Source of the DNA: Felis catus
Taxonomy: Eukaryota
Direction: 5' to 3'
Length of the DNA: 64,000 nucleotides
Assembly (NCBI RefSeq): GCF_018350175.1
Contig: NC_058369.1
Location: forward strand, 24,058,001 to 24,122,000
Both the position numbers and the translations under genes were made by a program. The notes beneath the pieces are model-generated. The model searched no databases, was not told where the DNA came from, and worked only from the letters and a program-made list of their open reading frames with translations. Shown piece after piece: positions 38,501-50,949 of this stretch. Within the stretch, counting starts at the first letter, position 1; each line of letters starts with the position of its first letter.

Positions 38501-39819
38501 CCCTTTTAGTTTTTTTTTTTTTCTTTCTTTCTTGGTATGTGGAGTAGGCCGTTCTCCTTAGTGGAACAGCATAAATCCACAATGTTTTAATCGCCCCAAA
38601 GCACAATTAGAGCCCTCTAAACATTTACCAGACTAGTTGCTCTGAATAAAGGCAGTCGAAATTTCCAAAAGCCACTCTTAGACCTGACTGTTGTCCTGTC
38701 AAATACACACTTTATATTCTGTTGAAGCCTGCTTATAAAGAGCGAAAAACTCTCTTGCTAACGAGGTAAGAGTTGTAAGCTTTAAAGTGGGAGTTGTTGG
38801 TCACATACCAGAGCCCACGTTTTTCCCTTGTTGCCAAAATCCTTCAGGGCTTCTTACCTTCTACTGTTAATTAGATTACCTTTTTTAGTCCACACACTAA
38901 CAGAAAACATACATTAGACTAAACAAGATATGACAACAAGGAAGGGCTGAAGGGAGAGCCTTCTGAGAAAACATTAAAGAAAAACATCACTCTTAATATC
39001 ACTGTATAAAGAAAAAAAGAGACTGCAGGTAATTTCAGCCTGCAAGGGGTGGGGGAGGGATCCTTAACATTTTAGAAGCAAAGACCAAAAAATTAATTCC
39101 CCCCAAGTAGAACGCCAGGAAGGGGTTTACTTCAGTTACATTATTTTCAACTATGCTCTTTGACAAAATCCATCCATGGCAAACAACTGGCTAGCACTCA
39201 AGTTTCTTTCATGCACATTGAAAGTTTAATTAGTTCTAACTAGATCAAAAGTTGTTTTTCCCCCCTTTGGCATGTATCTGTATCATTTCTGTGCTATTTG
39301 GAAGCTGCTAGACATCAAAGGCAGATCCATCATTCTTGGGGAACCTCTATTCCTTGGAGGTGATTCTGATGCACCCCTCCTTCCATGCTACCGGATCTCA
39401 TGGCAGCCAGGGACCATGCTCTGGCAGGGGCTGGTTGCACCCCAAGACATGCACACAGCTCCTTCTCACTCCTCCTGAACAGCACCCAGCACCAAATGGT
39501 CTAACTGTTCCTAAGAATGCCTCTAGACAACCCCAAACAAACCATTACTATGTGGGATCACAGCAAATCCCCCCAAAGAGAGAACTCATGAAAAATTCTA
39601 TGATTTAGAGTCCAGAACTTAGCATCACTTAGGCTATTAACAGCCCATGTTATGGGGACCTATTTCAAGTACTCCAAAGTTATCCTAATTTTTTTTCCTT
39701 TCTTTTATTTTTGCTATTCATTCTAAGGTCTTTAGTTTTAAACTGGGTTAGCAAATTAACAGGCAAACCAATTACCCACTGAGAGCTTTCTACAAGAGCT
39801 TAGAGGTTATAAAGACATA

Positions 39820-40060
39820 GAAAGAAGCAAGGGTTAGCATCCCAGCCCTCCTCCACATTAGCTTCATACTTTAGGCAAGTTTCCTTATCCTCTTTGAGCC
39901 TCCTTGGTTTCCTTCTCTGTAACCTGGGAAGAATATCTTCTTTATCAGGTTGTTACAAGGAACAAGTAAGATGTAAAGCCCTGAGCCCTGAACCTGTGGT
40001 CTATAAGCTTAAAGGTCTATGCTTAAAGGACACGCTTGGTAAGTGTTAGACACTGCTTTC
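39820..40060 (+). mobile_element. MIR
   Basis: tttaggcaagtttccttatcctctttgagcctc...gtttccttctctgtaa. Confidence 0.7.
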
Positions 40061-40148
40061 ATCAAAGTAATCATTATTTGCCAAAGATACAGTTGTAGTG
40101 TTGCTTGGTATGGTCTTTTAACTACAAAGGTGAGGTTATCTCAAGATG

Positions 40149-40364
40149 TTTTTTTTTGAATGTTTACTTATTTATTTTGAGAGAGAGAGAGCGAGAGCAT
40201 AAGCAGGGAAAGGGTGGAGAGAGGAAGAGAGAGAAAATCCCAAGCGGGCTTTGCTCTGTCAGTGCAGAGCCTGACTAGGGGCTCGATCTTACAAATCATG
40301 AGATCACGACCTGAGCCGAAACCGAGAGTCAGATGCTTAACTGACTGAGCCACCCAGAATGCCC
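40149..40364 (-). mobile_element. Can-SINE, older subtype
   Basis: Antisense SINE ending gactgagccacccagaatgcccc; short TSD caagat. Confidence 0.93.
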
Positions 40365-40519
40365 CAAGATCCATTTTTTAAATTTATACTATGTGCCAAG
40401 ACCTGCATTAGGAGCTATTTACACAGACTATATATCTTCTTTTGTCAGAATGGCAAGGTCTATGGGTTCCATAGACCCATAGACTCTTGCCTACTCAGAG
40501 ACTCTGGCATATGGGAGAA

Positions 40520-40830
40520 ACTATGTGGCCACTTCAAGCCAATGACACAGGCAAAGCTCCTTGGAAGGTGATGTCTCTTCCTACAGGTGAAGTTGTTTAG
40601 CATGTACCCTTCCTTCTGATTGAATACAGATATGATGGCTGGAGCTGCAGCAGCAATTTTGAAACATGAAGGCAAAAGCTGGCCATGCCAGAGGATAAGA
40701 CAGGATGGCAATAGTAAAATACCCTATACTTTCTGGGCTACATACCTCCACACTTACCTTATGTGAAAAAACAAATTAGTCAATTTGGGTGTTTTCTGTT
40801 GGGGAAGGCAAGTACATCCCTAGCTGATAT
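40520..40830 (+). mobile_element. Old MLT1 (K/L-like) LTR fragment
   Basis: tgatggctggagctgcagcagcaattttg...catgaagg ... catccctagctgata. Confidence 0.6.
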
Positions 40831-41851
40831 CTACCCTGATTTCTCTATGGCTTAGATGATGCAGCTACGGAGAAAGGAGGATTTCTGGACACCAACACAT
40901 TTGCCTGGGCCTAGTTAAGGAAGAATTAGATGGGAACCTGAGATGCAGAATGTCTGCTGCCCAAACTTGTCACACTTCCCTCTCTAGCAGCCCCACCACA
41001 TGCTGTAAGATCACACAGCACAATTACTAAATCACAGTTTTATCACTGTCTGTGATATTTTGGCTTCCCTTGGGTTCCAAAATATTATGTTTAAAAATCT
41101 CCATACTTGCCCTTGGTTGTGTTCCAAAAAGAAAAGACATTACTGGCGAGCATGTGCCTTCCTAAGAAGCACTGACGAGAGTACATCTTGAAGTGAGCAC
41201 ATTAATGGGTGTCCTTTAAACCCTCCACTTCCCATTTTCCCATTAGAGCCTCCTTAATTTAGCACCCCAGGATTCTACTTAAATTACCTTCTTAGTCAGG
41301 ATTAGGGGAGCAAAAGGAGACCACAGGGCGCTGACCCTGACAGTTCAAATTGTCAGCGCCAGGAGACTGACACACTTTTCTCCCCACTAATCCCACACTG
41401 CATGGCATGGTCTCAATTTTGGAGAAATCCGAATGCTTATACACTTAGCCAATCCCCAAGTGATTCAGATAAACTTAGTACCAAATAAGTGAGGCATTTA
41501 TGTATCTCGAATATCTCTACTTGCTCAATGCCAGGGCCTCAATATTTTGATAAAGTGATGACAGGAAGAACACAGAGAACAAAAAGTGAAAGAAAAGAAA
41601 ATACTCTAAGTACATGGAAAAACGATGAGCCTCTAGAATTTATTCTGTATATTTGAGAGGAAATGTATGTCCATAAGGCAATTTTCAAAATGTAGATTTT
41701 AGAGGCCAGATTGGTTTTCCTTTCTTTTTTTGAGGAAACTGAAGCAGATTTGGGTTCAGAATATTCAAGGGCAATTTCTAAAAGCCACTTGGAATTACCT
41801 TCTTCATGAATCTGCCAAAAAAAAGTGCACTGACAAGAACTTTCTGTCTGT

Positions 41852-42157
41852 AGCACACTGTCAAACAGAAATATAATACAAGCCAAATTTTCTAATAGCC
41901 ACATTACAAATGTAAGAAAAAATTAGTGAAATTGATATTAATATTTTTATTTAACCCAATATATCCAAAATATTATTACTGGAACATATAATCAATATAA
42001 AATTCATTACTGAGATAATTTATATTCTTTTTTTCATACTAAGTTTTTGAAATCAGGCATGTATTTTATACTCGTAGCACACTTCAATTTGGACCAGCCA
42101 CATTTCAAATGCTCAATAGCCACATAAGGTTCATGGCTCATGTACTGGACAACCCTG
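41852..42157 (-). mobile_element. MER33 (hAT-Charlie)
   Basis: tttaacccaatatatccaaaatatt ... agccacatttcaaatgctcaatagccacat ... tactggacaaccctg. Confidence 0.88.
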
Positions 42158-42180
42158 ATCTATAGTACCTATCATGTACA

Positions 42181-42183
<3 letters not shown>

Positions 42184-42221
<38 letters not shown>
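42184..42221. repeat. (AC)19 microsatellite
   Basis: Direct reading. Confidence 0.98.
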
Positions 42222-42223
<2 letters not shown>

Positions 42224-42363
42224 TAAATGGCACAAAGGCTTTCATAAGAGCAGAATAACATGTATATTTTTTTACCCCTTATGCCCATCTCATATATTTA
42301 GTGAAGGAAGGGAGGGGATATAAATCAGCATAGGCATAGTATAGCTTAATCCAGATGAAATTT

Positions 42364-43399
42364 ATTATTTTATATATATAATATTATGTTAACAATATTA
42401 TAACATAATAATATAATAATATATAATAATATAAGCACCATACAGCACCCTGTGCTTATCCCAACAGGTGCCCTCCTCAATGCCCATCACCCACTTTCCC
42501 CTCTCCCTCACCCCCCATCAACCCTCAGTTTGTTCTCAGTAGTTAAGAGTCTCTTATGGTTTGCCTCCTTCCCTATCTGTAACTTTCTCCCCCTCCCCCC
42601 TCCCTGGTCTTCTGTTAAGTTTCTCAGGATCTACATATGAGTGAAAACATATGGTATCTGTCTTTCTCTGCCTGACTTATTTCACTTAGCATAACACTCT
42701 CCAGTTCCATCCACATTGCTGCAAATGGCCAGATTTCATTCTTTCTCATTGCCAAGTAGTATTCCATTGTATACATAAACCACATCTTCTTTATCCATTC
42801 GTCAGTTGATGGACATTTAGGCTCTTTCCATAATTTGGCTATATTTCCATAAAGTGCTGATATAAACATTGGGGTACAAGTGCCCCTATGCATCAGCACT
42901 CCTGTATCCCTTGGGTAAATTCCTAGCAGTGCTATTGCTGGGTCATAGGGTAGATCTATTTTTAATTTTTTGAGGAAACTCCACACTGTTTTCCAGAGTG
43001 GCTGCACCAGTTTGCATTCCCACCAACAGTGCAAGAGGGTTCCCATTTCTCCACATCCTCTCCAGTATCTATAGTCTCTTGATTTGTTCATTTTAGCCAC
43101 TCTGACGGGCATGAGGTGGCATCTGAGTGTGGTTTTGATTTGTATTTCCCTGATGAGAAGTGACGTTAAGCAAAGGAAACAATCAACAAAACTAAAAGGC
43201 AACTGACAGAATGGGAAAAGATATTTGCAAATGACATATCGGATAAAGGGCTAGGATCCAAAATCCATAAAGAAGTCACCAAATTCCACACCCAAAAAAC
43301 AAATAATCCAGTGAAGAAATGGGCAGAAGACATGAATAGACACTTTTCTAAAGAAGATATCCAGATGGCCAACAGGCATATGAAGAGATGCTCAACGTC
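42364..43399 (-). mobile_element. Felid L1, 5'-truncated and 5'-inverted (minus strand 42364-43172, inverted plus-strand piece 43169-43399)
   Basis: 16-bp TSD aatccagatgaaattt at 42348-42363 and 43400-43415; orientation switch at AGCA 43169-43172. Confidence 0.93.
42624..43172 (-). pseudogene. L1 ORF2p C-terminal fragment (Cys-rich CCHC region and terminal domain), non-autonomous
   Basis: [65 protein letters not shown] is hallmark L1 ORF2p sequence. Confidence 0.95.
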
Positions 43400-43415
43400 A
43401 ATCCAGATGAAATTT

Positions 43416-43466
43416 CTGATATTTTTGAACTACAAAAATGGCAATTTCATATGGTTCAGCTTAATA
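43416..43466. mobile_element. MADE2 (mariner MITE), right part; left part at about 42339-42363 is separated by the L1
   Basis: tttttgaactacaaaaatggcaatttcatatggttcagcttaata matches the recalled MADE2 terminal inverted repeat. Confidence 0.75.
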
Positions 43467-43829
43467 TTTTAACCCAAAGTTCTCATGAGATGGTTTATGG
43501 TGAGATTTGAAACTTAGGCTCACAGTAGGCCTCCAATAAAATCACTGTCTTAAGTGGTTGCTGATTGCAAAAGTATGGACCAATTATAATTCAGGTCCAA
43601 GTGCAGCAATTCATTAATTGCTAAAGTGTTTGCTTCCTCTTTTCTAAGCCATAACACAGTTTTTACAAACCTGACTGAAAGATAATACTTGATCAAAAAG
43701 TAAGGCACTGGATGTTCCTGGTCACCATGTGCAGCTCAAGGCCTATGACTGCAGACTCCTGGAAGCACATCACTTAGATGCCTCAAAGCTCCTCACATTC
43801 AATCTTTGCAAAACCATAACCTCTGAAAC

Positions 43830-43995
43830 TTCCATCACCACCAACATCAACATCATTATTACCATGATCATCACCATCATTGTCTTTACCATTGCTGTCT
43901 CCACCACCATGACCATCAGCATCATTGTTGTCATCAACACCACTGTCATCATCACCCATCATCATTACCAACAGCATTATGATCATCATCACATG
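43830..43995. repeat. Degenerate (CAT/CAC)n trinucleotide low-complexity tract
   Basis: catcaccaccaacatcaacatcattattaccatgatcatcaccatc... Confidence 0.9.
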
Positions 43996-44019
43996 CCTTC
44001 TGTATAGTAAGTCCTTCCT

Positions 44020-44310
44020 TAGTTCCTTTACCCACTTCCTTAAGACATTTTCACTTCTTCATCCATTGAACTCCTATTGAATCTTTAAGACCTAGTTTAA
44101 AATCATCCCTCAAAGTTCTCCCCACCTCACAGGCCAAATGAATTGCTCTCTCACCTCAGCAAAACCACTGAAAACGTCCTTTGTACATGTCTAGGTTATA
44201 ACATAATGACCCAATTATGCAATCTTCCCTCCCTACTTTTAGCTCCTTGCACTGGGTCAGGTACCAATTCTAGGATTCAGAATAACTATAAATTGGTTGA
44301 ATGCAAATGA
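44020..44310 (+). mobile_element. L2 fragment
   Basis: aactcctattgaatctttaagacctagtttaaa ... aaattggttgaatgcaaatgaat. Confidence 0.55.
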
Positions 44311-44489
44311 ATAGATTTCAAGTGTGTACACTGGGTAGTACATTTAAAAAATGATTTTGAGGCTGTGATCTAATATTTCCAATCATTTTATATATATTTT
44401 GCCTTCAAACAGATTGTAAATAAATATGGACATGGGCCATAACTTGTGTATCTTTGTTTCACAGCACTATGTAGAGTACACCCCCCCAC

Positions 44490-45652
44490 TTTTAATAGCT
44501 TTATTGAAATATAATTCACATATACAATTCACCCATTTAAAGTATAAAATTACATGGGTTTCTGTATACTCATCTGTGAAACTATCATCCACATCAAATT
44601 TTAGAAAATTTTCATTACCTCCAACAGAACCCTATACCATTACTAGTCACCCTTCATCCCCTCCCCTGAACCCTAGGCAGCCATAAATCTAATTTCTGCC
44701 TCTGTATATTCACCTATTTGTACATACACTGTATCTTACAATATGTGGTCTTTTGTGATTGGCTTCTTTTACTAGCATGATGTTTCCAAGGTTCTTCCAT
44801 GTTGTAGCATCTATCAGTAGTTTATTTTCTGTTTATTGTCAAATATCATCCCATGTATGGATATACCTCATTTTGTGTATCCATTAATCATCAATTCACC
44901 CATTTGTTTCCACTTTTTGGATATTATTCATTAACGCAGCTGTGTATATTCATATATAATTTTTTGCATAAGAGGTATGTTTTTATTTCTTTTGGGTATG
45001 TACCTAGGAGTGGAATTGCTATGTCATTTGGGAACTGTATGTTTAACATTTTGAGGAATTACCAAATTGTTTTCCAAAGTGGCTACACCACTTTACAATG
45101 CCACTGGCAATGTGTGAGGGTTCCAGTTTCTCCACATCATCAATACTTGTTATTGTCTTTTTCATTATAGCTATCCTAGTGAGTGTGAAGGGAAACCTCA
45201 TTGTGGTTCTGATTTACATTTCCCTAGGATTACTGATGTTGAGTATCTTTTCATGTACTTATTGGCCACTTGTATATCTTCTTTGGAGATATATCTATTC
45301 AAATTCCTTGCCCTTTTTTAAGTTGGTTATTTGAATTTTTATTAAGTTGTAAGAGTTCTTTACATATTCTGGATACAAGTCCCTAATCAGATATGATAGA
45401 AAATATTTTCTCCCTTTTTATGGATTGTATTTTCTTGATGATGTCCTTTGAAGCACAGAAGTTTTTCATTTTGATGAAGTCCAATTTATTCTTGTTTTAG
45501 TTGCTTGTGCTTTTGACATCATATCTAAAAAGGCTTTGTCTAACATAAGGTCACAAAGATTTATACCTATGTTTTATGATAGGAGTGTTACCATTTTAAC
45601 TCTTACATTTGGATCTGTAATCCATTTTGAGTTAATTTTTATATATGGTATG
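44490..45652 (-). mobile_element. L1MB-like 3' 1.2 kb
   Basis: ctttattgaaatataattcaca ... tacctaggagtggaattgct ... ttgatgaagtccaattta ... tccattttgagttaattttt. Confidence 0.92.
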
Positions 45653-46004
45653 AAAGAGCCTTTGACATAGCTTGTAAGTTTTGGAAATAAATTGTCCACA
45701 CATTCTTTATGGACCTCATACACATATTACTGATAGCTCCTCTTCAGTGGCAATGATACTCAAGTATTTTTCTTCATAAGCATTTTACAGAGACCTGGCA
45801 TTCAAGATGTTCTGTGAATTTTATACAGGGAGAATCTAAGAAAGCTAAAAATATTGTTCATCATTGAGACACTAATGATGTTGGCAAAATTCCTCAAATT
45901 TTGATTTCCTATTGTCCTGTGATATTTTCCTTTCATGATCTTGAATAATTTCCATATTCTGAATACTGAATATTCAATAGAGGTCTATTGTTTCTTGGTT
46001 TTTA

Positions 46005-46270
46005 GTGTTGTTTCTTCTCCTTCCTTATCTCCTCTCTCAAACCCTGAGTTCCTCCCTTCTTCCCCTCTTTCTTTTCTCCTTCCTCCTTTCCTTTCCTTTC
46101 TTCTTCCCTTCCCTTCCCTTTCCTTCCTCCCTTCTTCTCTCCCCTTCTTCCTTTTCTTCTTTCCTCCCTGCCCCCTATTCAAGTTTCTTCCTCCTTTCTT
46201 TCCTAAGTTCCTTCCTTCCTAACTAGCATCTCCCTTATTACCTCTTAATTTCCTCTCTTAATTCTCCTCC
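46005..46270. repeat. Polypyrimidine (CT-rich) low-complexity tract
   Basis: About 260 bp of almost only C and T on the + strand. Confidence 0.92.
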
Positions 46271-46893
46271 TAACTGAAGTGTAAGCTCACTGAAAACATC
46301 CTTTGTAGGTCTTGGTTGTCTAAACAACCCTTTAGCAGTCACACTGCCCCCACCAACCTCGAACAGGGACTGGCATTAAGTGTTTTAGGGCTTAATTTGA
46401 ATAGTCAAATCCTATCCATGAGTTCCAAACCGAACTATAAGGATTCCCTTCTTTACAGTGTACAAGCACCGTTCCATCCATATTCAATTTTGAAAAAAAA
46501 AGCAACCACATTTATTTTATCATAACTGAACAAAAAGCATTACTCCATGTAAATGAAAAAAAATCAAGAGAAAAAATAATAACTGTGTAATCAAGACTAT
46601 GTAAAATGCATGCATGGGAAAACAGACTAGGAAAAAAAGAATTCAAAATGACAAGTCCTTTTCTTGGGTAAATGCTTTCTTCTTTCTGCTAGTCAGCATT
46701 TGCTATAATATACACATTTAATTTCCATTTTTTAAAAAAGAGATAAGTCTCTTTTGAAATAAATATTTATTCTTGATTATCCAGACACGAAAGGGATGTA
46801 ACATCACTGCTATGAGTCATTTGAAAACGTTATACAAGAGAAAGCATTTTTATAATTACAAAGTCCTATACAAATATGACTTACTACTCTTTT

Positions 46894-46921
46894 TTATGAA
46901 TATACTTTATTGTCAAATTGG
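46894..46921 (-). mobile_element. Probable 30-bp felid L1 3' tip
   Basis: Poly-T followed by tttattgtcaaattgg, as in the L1 end at 56778-56793; candidate TSD ctact(c/a)tttt. Confidence 0.5.
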
Positions 46922-48479
46922 CTACTATTTTGTTGAATAATAACAATTAATCAACACCATCCAACTCATTAAACTATTAAAATATCTAGCACTCATAGAA
47001 TTTCTGATCATTTAGCACAGATACTTTTCTATATTCATTTGGCCCTGCCTCCTTCCTGCCTTACTGATCATGTGTGCAATTCCACATATTAAAGATTAAT
47101 TTAATGGCTCCTTAACCTTTAAGTAAAGTAACCTTTACACCTGTAGGACTTATCAGGGAGGGTATGAGTTGTGTGTGGGGGCTATGCACACATACATGTG
47201 CACTGTCAAGCCCTGCATCTCCAACTGGAAGGCTTTGCTCCTGCAGGTGGGGCAAGTTGGCTATAATATAACCTGTGCCTAAGATGCAGGAACATCTGCT
47301 GGATTTCTGTAATCAGTTTGTTGGCTGGATTTAAGAACCCTGGAGCCTATAGTTGATCTGTTCTGCCCTGGGTGCCACCGAGGCCCAAGGGAATGATGCT
47401 AAGAGAGTTTCAGGAGACAAGGGCATAATTCAGTCAGCTTACAAAAAAAAGAAAAAAAGCAGTCCTTGGCAACAGAAGCCTTCCCTCCTTCCCTCCCAGA
47501 TGATTTTGGAGAGCCCTTGTTCTGTGTACTTTGACGTCAGAGGCCAAGGCTTTCCTGGTCTTCCACTGGCTTCTGCTCAATAAAAACACCATCCCATTCC
47601 ATCATTTTGATCATCATTATTTCCTCAGTTAATAAAACTTAAAGAAAGCATGTTTTCAGAGATAGCTGCTAAGGGGTAGAGGCCCATTTTGGCTGAGGTC
47701 AGCCTTGGCAGAAGTCAACTCTTTTTTTTCCCTAAGATTTTATGTTCTCTTGGTAAAATCATATTGTTTGAAAAATTAAAATAATAAAACATTAGCTGTG
47801 CAATGGAAAGTGGCTCAAATTTGCTGCCACAGATTTTTATGTATACACTTTTAGTTGCATTAAAAGCTAAACTCCAAGCTGGAGTTTTAAATATTGTCCA
47901 AGCTCAATATCTCCTTGAAAAATTCCAGACCAGTTCTGGGAGCTTCTTTCATTGTGTATCTTATTTTTAAAAATCCTTTCTTATTTTAAATATGTAAGTT
48001 GCTGCTAATACCATCATGAAGGAAAGGTAATGCTGAAGATTTCATATCTAGTCACAGCTGACCCATGTGAATATAAACCACGTAACAACACATTGTGGAC
48101 ACAGCATCTCTAATGGTAGCTTGGAAAAAATGACTTGGGTTAGTAGCCAACGTGTAATAGCCACATGTCAAGAAGAAGGAGAAAATGGAGGGAAAGGGGC
48201 ACTATAGACCTGCATGGAATGAAACTGCTTGTTTTGAGGCAAGGATAAGGTTAGCAGTCCAAGGATGTTGTGGTAGAAGATTAGCTATTATCACATCCTT
48301 GTGGGGGTGGTATTTTTGAACCCCTTCCCCCATAAACATGCGCACTTTCAGCAGAATCTCCCAGAGATGTTTTGGGCTTTTAGCAGGACCCAATCTGTTC
48401 AACTATTGTTATTTTTATTGGCCATTTGAATATGGTATTTGATTTTGAGTCCCATATGAGACACTCTTCCTCTCCCCCT

Positions 48480-48710
48480 TATGTATCTCTTAGGTCTCAC
48501 TTGAACTGTTCCTCCCTCCTAGAAGCCAAATTCCCATGCTTCCTTCCAATCTGGATTAGATGTCCTAATATCCCAGGGCCTTCCTTATCAGAGCACTTAC
48601 TCCTTCTTTTCATCTTCCTCATTAGTATATGAGCTCTCCTAGACAGGGACCTTGTCACCAGGGCTAGACTCAGTGCTCAACCCATAGATAATGTCCAGTG
48701 ACTAACTGTG
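48480..48710 (+). mobile_element. L2 3' fragment
   Basis: tgagctctcctagacagggaccttgtc...gggctagactcagtgc. Confidence 0.55.
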
Positions 48711-48729
48711 GAGGGCACAGGTAAGGAAC

Positions 48730-49370
48730 ACACAGAATATCCAAAGGAGATGGGTTAGAATAGTGAGGGTCCTCTAAACCTGTCACAAAAAGTAGAAAAG
48801 AAAGAACTGGGTACTTTCAGATGGAGATGAAAAGATTCTGCAGGGTGAAGGGGACTAGAGAGAAGACAGGGCAGGAGAATAGCTTTAAATACTCAAAGAT
48901 TATACAGATGGATTAAATGCCTACATGGCCTCAAAAAGCAAAATGTAAAAGAACCAAAGAACAAGAGGATAAAATGATACAGAAAGTTACTATAGAACAA
49001 AAGGCAAACATTTTACTACAGAGTTCTCTGAAAAGAGAATGAGTTTCCCAGAACACTCATGTAGATTAAGACTTACTAAGTAGCATAACTGTTTTATACG
49101 TATTAACTCATTTAATCATCAGAGAAACATCACAAGGAAGGCAATGTCAACTATACATTTGGTCAAGGTCATAGTGCAAGCAGCGTACATATAGGGCCAA
49201 GATTCAAACCCAGTCATCTGACCCTGCAAAGTCCAGATGCTCGGCCCTTGTGCTAATGCATTCATCATCACCATTGATCCCAGGAAGAGCCTAAAGGACC
49301 CCTTCCCAGAGAGGCTACAGAGGAGTTAGGGAGCACCACCATATGAGATAACAGGCTAGATGATATGAAA
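48730..49370 (+). mobile_element. L3/CR1 remnant interrupted by a minus-strand MIR (about 49070-49260)
   Basis: gaaagaactgggtactttcagatggagatgaaaagatt ... ctttaaatactcaaag ... ggattaaa resemble the L3 3' region; MIR motif gattcaaacccagtcatctgac. Confidence 0.55.
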
Positions 49371-49876
49371 CAGTTTGTTTCCATAACAACACTTAATTGT
49401 CACCACTTGGTCTTGCTTGGCTCCAAGCCAACCAAAATGTAATGGCCATAAAGTCTGTTCTCGTGTGGGACCCTAGCTTTCACATTTCCCCACCCTTTTG
49501 GGACACCTTTTCTCCCTACCTTCTACTGTGGCCAGTACTAGAATGCTGCCAAGACCTTGGCCCAGATGTTATGACTTCTTGAGTCATTCCCCTCTGGAGC
49601 CACCAGATTTGAATGCCAAGCCCAAGACAAAACTCTGGCTCAACCCAGTGTTGTCACATGGTTACCTAGTTGAGGGAGAGAAGGACACAGAGGATATTTG
49701 GATATGGAAGCCATCTCACTGCTCCCTCAAATCACCAATATTGGATATGTAATAGATATTCAAGTAATCAAAACATCAAGACTAAGCTGGGGGGACTAGG
49801 TCTGAGTCATGACTAGATGAGCATCTAGCACAGTGGGAAGTCCCTAGTTATTGGTCAAAAAATGATGGTTGTATAA

Positions 49877-50188
49877 CCGTTGATGCTTGAACAACACAGA
49901 GGCTAAGGCACTAACTACCTGCACAGTTGAAAATCCATGTATAACTTCTGACTCCCCAAAAAGTTAGCTACTATTAGCCCACTGTTGACTGGAAGCCTTT
50001 CTGACAACATAAACAGTCAATTAACACATATTTCCTGTTTTATGCATTATATGCTATATTCTCACAATAAAATAAGCTAGAGAAAAGGTTATTTAAAAAA
50101 TCATGAGAAAATACATTTATAGTGCTTTACTGTATTTATATAAAAAAAATGCATGCAATTCAAACCCACATTATTCAAGGGTCAACTA
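49877..50188. mobile_element. Tigger2a-like Tc1/mariner MITE
   Basis: TIRs ccgttgatgcttgaacaacac and acattattcaagggtcaacta followed by TA; internal gttgactggaagcctt...acataaacagtcaattaacacatatt. Confidence 0.85.
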
Positions 50189-50374
50189 TAATTAACAAAC
50201 AAATACTCTAGAATAACCCTGCAGAGATTAAATTTTTGTCCCAATGATATAGGGGTTTCTGGGAGCAAGCAGATATGATCATTAGCAAAAACAGTGCAAG
50301 AAGCTGAGTGGTTATCTTCAGGTCTTGCCAGAGATTCAGGAGTTTAATCTCATTACAAAGAAAATTTTAATTTT

Positions 50375-50431
50375 CTTAATTTTAATTTTATTCTCTGTAG
50401 AAGCTTAATTTTAATTTTATTCTCTGTAGAA
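50375..50431. repeat. 29-bp tandem duplication
   Basis: cttaattttaattttattctctgtagaa(g) twice. Confidence 0.95.
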
Positions 50432-50949
50432 AAGCTGCTATTAATCAAGACCCAAGAACCCTTAGGTGTAATAGATGCGACTAATCACCAGTTCATGTTC
50501 ACACTTTAAAATTTATTGTTTATTTCCTCAAAATCCTGGAGAGTTACCTTTCAGTAAAGAAGCTGAAAAGAGACACAACCAAGAAAAGGCTTTCCCTTCC
50601 AGTTATGTGTAGAAATGTCAATATGTGCTAAGAGATAACAAATACTCTATCCACTATGTCATCATGTCAGTCCTGGGAACACTAAGACTTAAGCAAAAGT
50701 CAGGGAGAACAGAGATGAAAATTGATTAAGGAATGTGTCAAGTGATGTAAATCCTTCTATTTCCCTGTATAATACCACTAAGTGGTCCATTTTGCTGTTT
50801 TATAGCAACATTAAAACAAATTAAAATCTAAGCTTCTCACATTTGGATCCAGGGAGTTTCAACTTTATGGGGAAAGGCCTCCATTAGAATTCTCCTCCAC
50901 CTTAAAGTGTTTGTAATTTGGTGTCAAAATGTTTATCTGAAAAAAAAAG

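Noticed and set aside
42624..43202. 192-aa ORF as a host gene
   Set aside because: It is the C-terminus of L1 ORF2p. Its start lies across the inversion junction and the element has no promoter.
43729..44007. Ile/Thr/His-rich and Met/Asp-rich ORFs
   Set aside because: Products of a degenerate (CAT)n tract that lacks stop codons.
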